This document shows positions 20,992-32,419 of a stretch of DNA of 64,000 bases, one piece after another. The notes below the pieces were generated by a model. It ran no database searches and was not told where the DNA came from. It worked only from the letters and a program-made list of their open reading frames with translations. The position numbers and the translations under genes were made by a program. The number at the start of each line of letters is the position of its first letter. Within the stretch, counting starts at the first letter, position 1. The stretch comes from Thalassobaculaceae bacterium (GTDB lineage Bacteria; Pseudomonadota; Alphaproteobacteria; Thalassobaculales; Thalassobaculaceae), in NCBI GenBank assembly GCA_965228875.1, contig OZ245843.1, positions 1,284,616 through 1,348,615 of the forward strand. The letters are read 5' to 3'.

Positions 20992-22469
<1,478 letters not shown>

Positions 22470-22473
<4 letters not shown>

Positions 22474-23639
22474 GGCATTGCGCTCCCTGCGCCGCTTTCC
22501 CGACGACGGCGGACCCGGCGCGGCTTCGGCGCGTCCACGATCGGCAGGGTGAGCCGGAAGATCGTGCGCCTGGGCACCGAGTCGACCTCGATCACGCCGC
22601 CATGGTCGGCCACCGCCTTGGCGACGAAGGCAAGGCCAAGGCCGGAGCCGTTGGTCTTGGTGGTCACGAACGGCTCGAACAGATTGGCCTGAAGTTCCTC
22701 CGGAATGCCGGGACCGTTGTCCTGCACCGTCACCTGCAGCGGCAGGTGCAGCCGCTCGCGCGATCCGGCGACGGCGACCCGCATGCCGTGTCGGTAGCTC
22801 GTGGTCAGCGTGATCTCGCCGCCCTCCTCCGGCACCGCCTCGGCGGCGTTCTTGATCAGGTTCAGGAACACCTGAACCAGGAGGTCGTGGTTGCCGAGGA
22901 CCGCCGGAAGGGACGGGTCGTACCGCTCGACGAAGGTCGTCTTTCGGCCGAACCCGTTCTGGGCGACACGGCGGCAGCGTTCCAGCACTTCGTGGATATT
23001 GACCTCGGTCCGCTCGATCGGACGCTCGTCGCTGAACACCTCCATGCGGTCGACCAGCGCACAGATCCGGTCGGTCTCGTCGCAGATCAGCCGGGTGAGC
23101 ACCTGCTCGTCGCCATGGACGGACTGTTCGAGAAGCTGCGCCGCCCCGCGAATGCCGGAGAGCGGATTCTTGACCTCGTGCGCCAGCATCGAGGCCATGG
23201 CGCTGACCGACCGGGCCGCACCCCGGTAAGAGAGCTGGCGGTGCATCTTCGAGGCGATCGTGCGTTCCTGAAGGTTCACGGCCACCGACCCGGTCACCTC
23301 GGGGATCGGGGCGATCTGCACGTTGACGACGATCTGACCGATGCGCGGGGACTCGATCTCCAGATCGTAGTCGCTGAGCCCCGACTGCGACGACCGGGAC
23401 TGCGAGATCATTCCGAGCAGCGGGCTGTCCTGCGGCACCCACTCGGTCACATTCCGGCCGGCTGCCGCCGCGGAACTCGACGCCAGCAGGTTCTCGGCGG
23501 CGATGTTGAGGGTGGTGATGCGGTTCTCGGCGTCCAGCACGATCACCGCCCACGGCAGGGCGTTCAGGACCGTGTTGCCGTCCATGGCCCCCGCAGCCGC
23601 CTTGCCCGGCTCCGGTCCCAGCGGCGCCAGCGCGCTCAC
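22470..23639 (-). CDS. ntrB: Nitrogen regulation sensor kinase NR(II)
   Basis: [40 protein letters not shown] start overlaps dusB stop. Confidence 0.95.
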
Positions 23640-24637
23640 GCCGCGATCCTCCGAGCCGGAGCCTGCGGCTCGAGCTCGGCGAAGAACCGGTCGATCTCGC
23701 CGAACACGGTCCGCGGATCCATGGTGTTGTTGACCCGCTGGCGGAACGCCGCCGATCCCGCGAGGCCGTCCGTGTACCAGCCGATATGCTTGCGGGCGTT
23801 GCGGATTCCCGACTGGACCCCGTAGTGCTCCAGCATCGCGTCCAGGTGCTCGACCAGGATGGCGTGGCGTGCCGACGGACCGGGATCGTCCTGCGGCACA
23901 CCGCCGTTCAGCGCCGCCGCCACCTGCGCCGGGAACCAGGGTCTGCCGTAGCAGCCGCGGCCGATCATCACGCCGGCGGCCCCGGACTGGGCAAGACAGG
24001 CATGCGCCGACGCGATCGAGATCACATCGCCGTTGGCGATCACCGGCAGGGAGACCGCCTCGACCACCTCGCGGATCGCCGGCCAGTCCGCCGAGCCGGT
24101 GTACATCTGGTTTCGTGTTCGCCCATGCACCGTGATCAGTCGAATTCCCGCCGCCTCGGCGATACGGGCGAGGCGCGGCGCATTTCGGCTGTCCGCGTCC
24201 CAGCCGAGCCGCATCTTCAACGTCACCGGACGGTCGACGGCGGCCACGACCGCTTCCATGATACGGCCTGCCAGCGCCTCGTCGCGCATGAGCGCCGATC
24301 CGGCGTACTTGTTCACCACCTTCTTGGCCGGACAGCCCATGTTGATGTCGATGGCATCGGCGCCGCGATCGGCCATCATCCGGGCCGCCTCGGCCATGAC
24401 CTCCGGCTCCCAGCCGGCGATCTGAACGACGGCCGGCGTGTCTTCGGCGTCGATCTCGGCCTTGCGGGTCTCCTCGCGGACATCGTGCAGCACCGCGTGA
24501 CTGGCGATCATCTCGGTCACCACCATCGGCGCGCCCAGCCGTCGGGCCAGCCGACGGAAAGGGCGGTCCGTGACGCCGGACATCGGGGCCACCATGACCG
24601 GGGCGGACAGGCGATATGGGCCGACCTGTGTGCACAT
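23636..24637 (-). CDS. dusB: tRNA-dihydrouridine synthase B (NifR3)
   Basis: [27 protein letters not shown]. Confidence 0.96.
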   Translation of the reverse strand: MCTQVGPYRLSAPVMVAPMSGVTDRPFRRLARRLGAPMVVTEMIASHAVLHDVREETRKAEIDAEDTPAVVQIAGWEPEVMAEAARMMADRGADAIDINMGCPAKKVVNKYAGSALMRDEALAGRIMEAVVAAVDRPVTLKMRLGWDADSRNAPRLARIAEAAGIRLITVHGRTRNQMYTGSADWPAIREVVEAVSLPVIANGDVISIASAHACLAQSGAAGVMIGRGCYGRPWFPAQVAAALNGGVPQDDPGPSARHAILVEHLDAMLEHYGVQSGIRNARKHIGWYTDGLAGSAAFRQRVNNTMDPRTVFGEIDRFFAELEPQAPARRIAA

Positions 24638-24675
24638 ATTTTAGGCAACTCAAGGCTGTGACCAATGTTTAGGCA
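24631..24675. promoter_or_regulatory. Two tandem NtrC-type binding sites over the dusB-ntrBC start
   Basis: TGCAC-ATATTTT-AGGCA (24631-24647) and TGACC-AATGTTT-AGGCA (24659-24675) resemble TGCAC-N7-GTGCA. Confidence 0.7.
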
Positions 24676-24741
24676 CGATAACCGGGAATTCGGCCGACGC
24701 AAAGGGGCTATCGCGGATCGCCCTGCCGCCGGGCCGAAGAC

Positions 24742-25533
24742 CTAGTCGCCGATCAGCGCGTGAACCGCCTTCACGCCGGGATAGGCCAGGGTCAGCAGCA
24801 GGTAGACGGCCAACACGCCGCGTACCGCGCGCCGCCCCCGCAGCCCGAGCCGGGCGTGCGCGATCAGCACGCCCCCGACCACGACGAAGGCGACGACCGA
24901 CAGCACGGACTTGTGGTGAACGGAGATCCATCCCTGGCCGGAAACGACGCTTAGCGCCACCCCCGAGAGGATGCCGACGCCGAGCACGATCTCGGCGGAC
25001 GACAGCAGCCTGAACAGCAGGTCCTCCGCGTCGGCGACCGCCGGAAGACCGGCACTGATGCCGAACGGCCGCTTGGCCTTCAGCGCCCGCTCCTTGAGAA
25101 ACACCGCGAGGCCGGCGACAGCGGCGAGGGTGGCAAGGGCGTAGGTGGTCAGGGACACCGCGATGTGAACGACGACCCAGCCTTCGGGCATCCCGCCCAC
25201 ACCGCCCGCCGCCGGCCGGTCGAGCACGCTCGCCAAGACCGCGACGATCAGCAGGTAGGGCCCGAGGAGACCCGAGAGCCGTGCCATGGTCGGCGACACC
25301 GCAGAGATCGCCGCGAACAGGACCACCGTGGCCGCGGCCGACACCCATATCGCGGCGCCGAGCCCACCGTCCCAGTGACTGCCGAAACGTATCAGCGTCC
25401 AGCCGGCGGCGCCGATCGTCGCGACCGCGACAGCCCCCCAGAACCGTCGGTCGCGCGCCGGATGCGGCCGCCAGGCAAGCAGTGCCAGGGGCAGCATCGA
25501 CACAACCGCGGACAGGTTGACCAGCAGAGACAT
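24742..25533 (-). CDS. Cytochrome c assembly family (CcsA/YpjD-like) membrane protein
   Basis: About 8 [13 protein letters not shown] and HHKSVLS histidine motifs. Confidence 0.75.
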   Translation of the reverse strand: MSLLVNLSAVVSMLPLALLAWRPHPARDRRFWGAVAVATIGAAGWTLIRFGSHWDGGLGAAIWVSAAATVVLFAAISAVSPTMARLSGLLGPYLLIVAVLASVLDRPAAGGVGGMPEGWVVVHIAVSLTTYALATLAAVAGLAVFLKERALKAKRPFGISAGLPAVADAEDLLFRLLSSAEIVLGVGILSGVALSVVSGQGWISVHHKSVLSVVAFVVVGGVLIAHARLGLRGRRAVRGVLAVYLLLTLAYPGVKAVHALIGD

Positions 25534-25620
25534 GGGCCGTTGCCTACACTAAGATCCGCCCCCACTCCAGCGACCAACGTAGCCGCATTCGACCGCCATG
25601 ACTTCCCGGATCTGTCAACT

Positions 25621-26802
25621 ATGACCACCGTCGCCCTGATCGTCGCCGCCGGCACCGGCGAACGCGCCGGCGGCGGTCTGCCCAAACAGTACCGGTCGCT
25701 CGGTGGCGTGGCGGTGCTGCGCCGCGCCGTGCTGGCGTTCCACCGGCATCCCCGGATCGACGCGGTCCGGGTGATGATCGCCGACGGACATCGGGCGTTC
25801 TACGACGCGGCGGTCGCCGGGCTCTCGCTCGGCCCGCCGGTGATCGGCGGCCCCGAGCGGCAGGCCTCGGTCCGCAATGGGCTGGAGAGCCTCGTCGTCG
25901 AGACGCCGGAAAGGGTGCTGATCCACGACGCCGCCCGGCCCCTGATCCCGGGCGCGGTGATCGACCGGGTGCTGGACGCGCTGGACCGGCACCCGGCCGC
26001 CCTTCCCGCGCTCGCCGTCGCCGACACCCTGAAGCGTGGCGCCGACGGGATGACCGCCGGCACGGTCGACCGCGGCGGTCTATGGCGCGCGCAGACCCCG
26101 CAGGGCATGCGGTTCGACCTGATACTGGACGCGCACCGCCAGGCGGCGGAGGCGGCAACGACCGTCACCGACGACGCCGCGCTGATGGAATGGGCCGGCC
26201 ATGCCGTCGCCCTGGTCCCCGGGTCGGAGGACGCGATGAAGATCACCCACCCGGAGGATTTCGCGATGGCGGAACGACTGCTGGCCGGCGCCATGGAGAC
26301 CCGGGTCGGCACCGGGTTCGACGTTCACCGCCTGGGCGGGAAAGCCGCCGGCGGCATCGACGGCGTCGCGCTCGGCGGTCTGGTGATTCCGCACGATCGT
26401 GCCCTGATCGGCCACTCCGATGCCGACGTGGCGCTGCACGCGCTGACAGACGCCCTCCTCGGCGCCCTCGGCGACGGCGATATCGGTAGCCATTTCCCGC
26501 CGAGCGACCCCCAGTGGAAAGGCGCGGCATCGGACCGGTTCCTGGCGGACGCCTGCCGGCGGGTGCGCGACGCCGGCGGGGCGATCCGCCACCTCGACCT
26601 CACCGTGATCTGCGAGCGCCCCAAGGTCGGACCGCATCGCGACGCCATGCGCGCGCGGATCGCGGAGATCTGCGGCGTTCCGGTGTCGCGCGTGTCGGTC
26701 AAGGCGACGACGACGGAGCGCCTTGGTTTCGCCGGCCGGGGCGAAGGCATCGCCGCCCAGGCTGCCGCGACCATCGCCCTGCCCTCGGCCGACGACTCGT
26801 GA
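25621..26802 (+). CDS. ispDF: Bifunctional IspD/IspF
   Basis: [51 protein letters not shown]. Confidence 0.97.
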   Translation: MTTVALIVAAGTGERAGGGLPKQYRSLGGVAVLRRAVLAFHRHPRIDAVRVMIADGHRAFYDAAVAGLSLGPPVIGGPERQASVRNGLESLVVETPERVLIHDAARPLIPGAVIDRVLDALDRHPAALPALAVADTLKRGADGMTAGTVDRGGLWRAQTPQGMRFDLILDAHRQAAEAATTVTDDAALMEWAGHAVALVPGSEDAMKITHPEDFAMAERLLAGAMETRVGTGFDVHRLGGKAAGGIDGVALGGLVIPHDRALIGHSDADVALHALTDALLGALGDGDIGSHFPPSDPQWKGAASDRFLADACRRVRDAGGAIRHLDLTVICERPKVGPHRDAMRARIAEICGVPVSRVSVKATTTERLGFAGRGEGIAAQAAATIALPSADDS

Positions 26803-27278
26803 CCGCCCGCCCGCCCCTATGGTCGCCGGCAATCCTTGTCGCGACGGGTTTCGGCAGCGGCTACCTGCCGAAGGCGCCGGGGACCTGGGGCTCCCTGGCG
26901 GCGGCGATCCTGGCCTGGCCGCTGGCCGTCGGTCCGGGCAGCATGGCGCTGCTCGGCGCGGCGGTTCTCGCGACGGTCTGCGGAATATGGGCAACCGCCG
27001 TGTACATGGACCGAACCGGCCAGACCGATCCGGGACCGGTGGTCATCGACGAGTTCGCCGGCCAGTGGCTGGCGCTCGCCGTGTGCCCGGCCGAACCGCT
27101 GTGGTGGGTGGCCGGCTTCGTCGCGTTCCGCGTGTTCGACATTCTCAAGCCGTTTCCGGCAAGCTGGATCGACCGGCGGATGCACGGTGCGATCGGCGTG
27201 ATGCTGGACGATCTGGTCGCGGGCGGGTATGCCGCTGTCGTGCTGTGGGCGGCCGCGACCTGGTTGATCGCCCCGTAA
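26799..27278 (+). CDS. pgpA: Phosphatidylglycerophosphatase A
   Basis: [42 protein letters not shown] overlap. Confidence 0.93.
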   Translation: MTARPPLWSPAILVATGFGSGYLPKAPGTWGSLAAAILAWPLAVGPGSMALLGAAVLATVCGIWATAVYMDRTGQTDPGPVVIDEFAGQWLALAVCPAEPLWWVAGFVAFRVFDILKPFPASWIDRRMHGAIGVMLDDLVAGGYAAVVLWAAATWLIAP

Positions 27279-27382
27279 CCTGTCCAGGTCCGGGCGCGCT
27301 CAATTCGATCTGATGTTTCCGATCGATCGCGATTTACTCTAGGCACGGACCGATACCCGGCGACACGGAAACGACGACCGAA

Positions 27383-28135
27383 ATGACCGCATCGACGACC
27401 GACGCAGACATCGACGAATTCGCCGCCCAGGTCGCCTACGTGATCCACAACGCGGCGCCCTCCCCCTGGCCGTATCCGCATCTGCGAATGCAGCCGCTGC
27501 TGCCGCCGGCGCTGTACGAGTCCCTGAGCGGTCTCGAACTCGCGAGCGACACGCTGGTCTCGCACGTCTACGGGGTCGAGGACACCAAGTCGGAGCAGAA
27601 CCGGTTCTCGCTCGACTACTCCGCCGCCGACCTCTCCGCCGGACGGGTCACGGTGCCGGAGCTGGAGCGCGCCTACCGCGTGCTCAGTCATTCGCTGGTC
27701 CGCAACGCCCTGCTGGGGCGATTCCGGGACGAGGTCGCCAAGCGGTACGCCAAGCTCCAGGTCACCCTCGACACGGCATTCTACTACATCGAGGACTCGA
27801 CGGGGTACGAACTGCTGCCGCACACCGATACGGACTCCAAGGCGGTCACGCTGCTGATCTACCTGGCCCGCGAAGGCGACAACCCCGAGCTCGGAACCCA
27901 CCTGTACGTGCCGCGGAACCCGCAACTGTACGACGTCCAGGCCGCCTCCTCCGCGCGCTACCGGCGCGAGGCGTTCTACTCCGCCTGCAGCGTGCCGTTC
28001 CGGCCGAACGCCGCCGTCGCCTTCGCGCCGTCGAAGCGGACCTTCCACGGCGTCCCGGCGGTGCATCATGGCGACCGGCGGCGGCGACTGATTCAGTTCC
28101 AGCTTCTCGCCCGCCCGGCGGTGAAGCCGGCCTGA
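27383..28135 (+). CDS. Hypothetical 2OG-Fe(II) oxygenase-like protein
   Basis: PWPY N-terminus, LLPHTD (HxD), VTLLIYL, FHGV distal His, terminal Arg. Confidence 0.65.
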   Translation: MTASTTDADIDEFAAQVAYVIHNAAPSPWPYPHLRMQPLLPPALYESLSGLELASDTLVSHVYGVEDTKSEQNRFSLDYSAADLSAGRVTVPELERAYRVLSHSLVRNALLGRFRDEVAKRYAKLQVTLDTAFYYIEDSTGYELLPHTDTDSKAVTLLIYLAREGDNPELGTHLYVPRNPQLYDVQAASSARYRREAFYSACSVPFRPNAAVAFAPSKRTFHGVPAVHHGDRRRRLIQFQLLARPAVKPA

Positions 28136-28154
28136 CCCCGGCCCGGAGGTACGA

Positions 28155-28640
28155 ATGCTACCCGCTCCCCTGCTTGCGCTCGCGACCGACGTTCTCGATC
28201 GAGCCCGATCACGAAGCCTCATGGTCGCGACGGCGGAGTCCTGCACCGGCGGCCTGATCGCCGGCTGCCTGACCGAGATATCCGGCTCTTCGGCGGTGGT
28301 CGATCGGGGGTTCGTCACCTATTCCAACGAGGCCAAAGCGGAGATGCTCGGCGTGCCGGCCACGCTGATCGACGAGGTCGGAGCCGTCTCGGAGGCGGTG
28401 GCAAGGGCCATGGCGGACGGTGCGCTCGCACGATCCCGCGCCGACCTGACGGTCGCGGTCACGGGCATCGCCGGCCCGGGCGGTGGATCGACGGAGAAGC
28501 CGGTCGGCCTCGTCCACTTCGGATGTGCGATGGCCGGCGGCGAGACGCAGCACCGCCGCGAGGTCTTCGCCGGCGACCGTCCATCGGTGCGCGCAGAAAC
28601 GGTCCGCGTGGCCCTGGAGATGCTGCTGGCGCGGCTGTAG
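28155..28640 (+). CDS. cinA: CinA C-terminal domain / NMN deamidase PncC
   Basis: TAESCTGG, TYSNEAK, GAVS, TGIAGPGG, KPVGLV. Confidence 0.92.
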   Translation: MLPAPLLALATDVLDRARSRSLMVATAESCTGGLIAGCLTEISGSSAVVDRGFVTYSNEAKAEMLGVPATLIDEVGAVSEAVARAMADGALARSRADLTVAVTGIAGPGGGSTEKPVGLVHFGCAMAGGETQHRREVFAGDRPSVRAETVRVALEMLLARL

Positions 28641-28647
28641 CGGGCCG

Positions 28648-29079
28648 CTACCCGTACAACGCCTCTGCCCGGTCCTCGAACGCCTGGACCATCCGGCGAA
28701 CGGCCTCGTTGAAGAACAGCCCCATCACCCGCTGAAGCACCACGTTCTTGAACTCGAAATCGACGTAGAAGTCGATCAGGCAACCGCTTTCGTCCTCGAG
28801 GAAGAGCCAGTGGTTGTTCAGATACCGGAACGGGCCGTCGCTGTAGGTCACGTCGATCCGCATCGCCTCGGGGTGCAGTTCGACGCGCGAGGTGAATCGT
28901 TCGCGGATCATCTTATAGCCGATCATCAGGTCGGCCCAGAAGACGTTGCCCTCGCGCTTCTTGACCCGTGCGCCGACGCACCAGGGCAGGAATTCCGGAT
29001 ACCGGTCGACGCCGGCGACCAGCGCGTACATCTGCTCCGGCGAATACGGAACGATGCGCTTTTCGGCGTGAGTCGGCAT
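28648..29079 (-). CDS. ratA: RatA/PasT (Coq10-like START domain) protein
   Basis: YSPEQMYALV, YPEFLPWC, GPFRYLNNHW, AFEDRA. Confidence 0.9.
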   Translation of the reverse strand: MPTHAEKRIVPYSPEQMYALVAGVDRYPEFLPWCVGARVKKREGNVFWADLMIGYKMIRERFTSRVELHPEAMRIDVTYSDGPFRYLNNHWLFLEDESGCLIDFYVDFEFKNVVLQRVMGLFFNEAVRRMVQAFEDRAEALYG

Positions 29080-29098
29080 TCCGGGCGTATCGGGCGGG

Positions 29099-30097
29099 TT
29101 ATTCGGCGGCGGTAGCCGGGGCCGGCGCGGACAGCGCCTGCGCCTCGGAGACGGGCTTTCCCGCAAGCCGGGCGTCGCGGGCAGCGCGCAGCCTGGCGAA
29201 GTCGTCGCCGGCGAAATAGGAGGACCGGGTCAGCGGCGAGGCCGAGACCATCAGAAACCCCTTGTTGTACGCCCGCCGCTTGTAGCTCTCGAACTCGTCC
29301 GGCGTGACGAACCGGTCGACCACATGGTGCTTCGGCGTCGGTTGCAGGTACTGGCCGATGGTCAGGAAATCCACCTCGGCCGAGCGCAGGTCGTCCATCA
29401 CCTGCAGCACCTCCTCCTGGCTCTCGCCGAGCCCGACCATGATGCCGGACTTGGTGAACATGGAAGGGTCCATCTCCTTGACCTGATGCAGGAGGTGCAG
29501 CGAGCCGAAATAGCGCGCACCGGGCCGCACTTCGCCGTAGAGGCGCGGCACCGTCTCCAGGTTGTGGTTGAACACGTCGGGCTTCGCGCCGACGACAATC
29601 GCCAGCGCGTCCTTCTTGCGCCGGAAGTCGGGGGTGAGCACCTCGATCGTCGTGCCCGGCGAGGCGTGGCGGATGCGCAGGATGGTCTCTGCGAAATGCC
29701 CCGCCCCGCCGTCCACAAGGTCGTCGCGGTCGACGGAGGTGATGACCACGTGGTTCAGGCCGAGCCTGGCGACCGATTTAGCCACGTTCTCCGGCTCGTG
29801 CGGGTCGAGCTGGTCCGGGCGGCCGGTGGCGATGTTGCAGAACGAGCAGGCCCGCGTGCAGACCGAGCCCAGGATCATCATCGTCGCGTGCTTCTTGGAC
29901 CAGCACTCGCCGATGTTCGGACAGGCCGCCTCCTCGCACACGGTGTGGAGGTTGTGGTCGCGCATGATCTTGCGCGTCTCGTGATACGTCGCCGAGGTCG
30001 GCGCCTTCACCCGGATCCACTCGGGCTTGCGCTTGTGCACCGGATTGTCCGGCTTGTGCGCCTTCTCGGGGTGGCGGATTTTTTGCAGTTCTTTCAT
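29099..30097 (-). CDS. lipA: Lipoyl synthase
   Basis: [25 protein letters not shown]. Confidence 0.98.
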   Translation of the reverse strand: MKELQKIRHPEKAHKPDNPVHKRKPEWIRVKAPTSATYHETRKIMRDHNLHTVCEEAACPNIGECWSKKHATMMILGSVCTRACSFCNIATGRPDQLDPHEPENVAKSVARLGLNHVVITSVDRDDLVDGGAGHFAETILRIRHASPGTTIEVLTPDFRRKKDALAIVVGAKPDVFNHNLETVPRLYGEVRPGARYFGSLHLLHQVKEMDPSMFTKSGIMVGLGESQEEVLQVMDDLRSAEVDFLTIGQYLQPTPKHHVVDRFVTPDEFESYKRRAYNKGFLMVSASPLTRSSYFAGDDFARLRAARDARLAGKPVSEAQALSAPAPATAAE

Positions 30098-30492
30098 GTT
30101 GCATCCACTACTGCAGACTCATCGTGCTCTTCATCGCTCGTCAGAACAAACTTTCTCCACACCGATACTTTCCACAGCACAGCTATGTAATCTGTACTCC
30201 CCCAAATGGACTTATTTCTACCCCAATAGAAAAAATGCGACCTACTACCAGAGGAATTTTTTCGTACTCTGGATTTTCCATCTTTTGTGTAAAGGACAAC
30301 TGTGTCTCCGGCATTCACAGACTGATCGGGGAACCAGAACGCGTCCGAATCGCCCGATAACGGTAAATCGCCCCGCTGTTCAGATCGAACAGCTGCGTAG
30401 TCGCCTACGTCTCCGTCCTCCAGAACCCGCAGCACCATTCGCTCTGATTCTAGCGAGTCTGCACCCACGATTGATTGAATTTCGAGGATCAT
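30094..30492 (-). CDS. Hypothetical low-GC protein, lamin-tail-domain-like pattern (132 aa)
   Basis: ATG 30492 overlaps upstream TGA and its TGA overlaps lipA ATG; FWFP..V.AGD.VVLYT..G..FYWG..IW pattern. Confidence 0.7.
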   Translation of the reverse strand: MILEIQSIVGADSLESERMVLRVLEDGDVGDYAAVRSEQRGDLPLSGDSDAFWFPDQSVNAGDTVVLYTKDGKSRVRKNSSGSRSHFFYWGRNKSIWGSTDYIAVLWKVSVWRKFVLTSDEEHDESAVVDAT

Positions 30493-30938
30493 TTTTTCAT
30501 GTACCTCGACACTAAGCCTACGCACAGTGCAACAACACCGATTACGCCAAATCGATCAATGGCTCCATCTTGAAAACCAAGACCTATCAAGACGGACCCA
30601 ATGGCAACGAGTGCCGTCGAAGAAGCTTCTAGTGCGATCTTCTGCGTATTCTGGCTCCGAAAGACGGCATTTTCTTTGTCAGCTTCATAGAACCGACCTT
30701 CAACGATCTTCAATCGAGCGTTTTCTGTTTCAAGTTGCTCGACTTCATCCATAAGAAATCGTTGAACAGCAGGATGGCGAACCTCCTCTTCCGTCAGATC
30801 ACGATCAGCACGCTGAAGAAACGCTCTCGGCTTCTTCTGTTTCTGGCCCGCATTTTCCTCACCGGCGATTGATCCGTCGCCTGAATCAAGCTCGAGGTTG
30901 GGAGCCTCTTCGTCATCTCTAGGACTTCTGGACGCCAA
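30489..30938 (-). CDS. Hypothetical low-GC coiled-coil protein with two C-terminal TM helices (149 aa)
   Basis: TTG start 26 nt after lpdA stop; heptad-like LMDEVEQLETENARLK; two hydrophobic C-terminal segments. Confidence 0.7.
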   Translation of the reverse strand: MASRSPRDDEEAPNLELDSGDGSIAGEENAGQKQKKPRAFLQRADRDLTEEEVRHPAVQRFLMDEVEQLETENARLKIVEGRFYEADKENAVFRSQNTQKIALEASSTALVAIGSVLIGLGFQDGAIDRFGVIGVVALCVGLVSRYMKK

Positions 30939-30964
30939 AGGCTCACTCGCTTCGATTTCGCTTT

Positions 30965-32377
30965 CTAGAAATGGATCGCCCGTCCATACGCGTCAAGCAC
31001 CGACTCGTGCATCATCTCGCTCAGGGTCGGGTGCGGGAAGATGGTGTGCATCAGCTCCGCCTCCGTGGTCTCCAGCGTCATGGCCACGCCGTAGCCCTGG
31101 ATCAGCTCGGTCACCTCGGCGCCGATCATGTGCGCCCCCAGCAGTTCGCCGGTCTTGGCGTCGAACACGGTCTTCACCATGCCCTCGGGCTCGCCGAGCG
31201 CGATCGCCTTGCCGTTGCCGATGAACGGAAAGCGGCCGACCTTGAGCTCGTGCCCGCGCTCCTTGGCCTGTGCCTCGGTGAGGCCGACGCTGGCGATCTG
31301 CGGGCGGCAGTAGGTGCAGCCCGGCACCAGATCGGTGTTCAGCGGGTGCAGGCCCTTCACGCCGGCGATCTTCTCGACGCAGAGCACGCCCTCGTGGCTG
31401 GCCTTGTGGGCGAGCCAGGGCGGGCCGGTCAGGTCGCCGATGGCGTAGACGCCGGGCTCCCCGGTCTCCAGCCACTCGTTGGTGACAACGTGGGTCTTCT
31501 CGACCTTCACCTTGGTCCCTTCGAGACCGATATCCTCCACATTGCCGACGATGCCGACCGCCAGGATCACCCGGTCGACCTCCAGGGTCTCCTTCTTGCC
31601 CTTCACCTCGATCTCGGCCTTGGCCCCCTTCGAGGTGGCCTCGAGCTTGTGGACCTTGGCGGCGGTGTGGACCTTCATACCCTGTTTGGTGAACTGCTTC
31701 AGCGCGAAGGCGGAGATCTCCGCGTCCTCGGCCGGCAGGATGCGGTCGACCACCTCAACGACGGTCACTTCCGCGCCCATGTCGTGGTGGAAGCTCGCGA
31801 ACTCCATGCCGATGGCGCCGGAGCCGATGACCAGCAGCTTCTTCGGCATCGTCTCGGGGACCATCGCCTCCTTGTAGGTGACGATCGTCTTGCCGTTCGG
31901 CTCCATGCCCGGAAGCGTGCGGGCGCGCGCACCGGTGGCCAGAATGACGTGCTTGGCAGTGTAGGTGCCGACCGCCTTGCCGTCCTTGGTCACCTCGACC
32001 TTGCGCAGCCCGCCGGAGGCTCCGGCCAGCTTGCCCTGGCCGTCGACCACGGTGACCTTGTTCTTCTTCAGCAGGTGGGCGACGCCCGAGGAGAGCTGCT
32101 TGGCGACCCCGCGCGAGCGTTTGACCACTTTCTGAAGATCGAACGATATGTCCTTGGCAGAAAAGCCATAAGCGTCGAGGTTCTGCAGGATGTGCCCGAC
32201 CTCTGAGGAACGCAGGAGCGCCTTGGTCGGGATACAGCCCCAGTTCAGGCAGATGCCGCCGAGGTGCTCGCGCTCGACCACCGCCGCCTTCATGCCGAGT
32301 TGGGCGGCGCGGATCGCGGCGACATAGCCGCCCGGCCCGCCGCCGACCACGATCACGTCGAATTGGGTATCGGCCAT
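30965..32377 (-). CDS. lpdA: Dihydrolipoyl dehydrogenase E3
   Basis: GGGPGGYVAAI, GGICLNWGCIP, HPTLSE. Confidence 0.98.
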   Translation of the reverse strand: MADTQFDVIVVGGGPGGYVAAIRAAQLGMKAAVVEREHLGGICLNWGCIPTKALLRSSEVGHILQNLDAYGFSAKDISFDLQKVVKRSRGVAKQLSSGVAHLLKKNKVTVVDGQGKLAGASGGLRKVEVTKDGKAVGTYTAKHVILATGARARTLPGMEPNGKTIVTYKEAMVPETMPKKLLVIGSGAIGMEFASFHHDMGAEVTVVEVVDRILPAEDAEISAFALKQFTKQGMKVHTAAKVHKLEATSKGAKAEIEVKGKKETLEVDRVILAVGIVGNVEDIGLEGTKVKVEKTHVVTNEWLETGEPGVYAIGDLTGPPWLAHKASHEGVLCVEKIAGVKGLHPLNTDLVPGCTYCRPQIASVGLTEAQAKERGHELKVGRFPFIGNGKAIALGEPEGMVKTVFDAKTGELLGAHMIGAEVTELIQGYGVAMTLETTEAELMHTIFPHPTLSEMMHESVLDAYGRAIHF

Positions 32378-32419
32378 CGGTTCTCTCCCTCTCCGCCGGA
32401 TGTCCCTGGGCGTCTCCGC

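Noticed and set aside
28648..29079. RatA/PasT as a toxin-antitoxin system
   Set aside because: No antitoxin partner; Coq10-like START protein in its usual position after lipA
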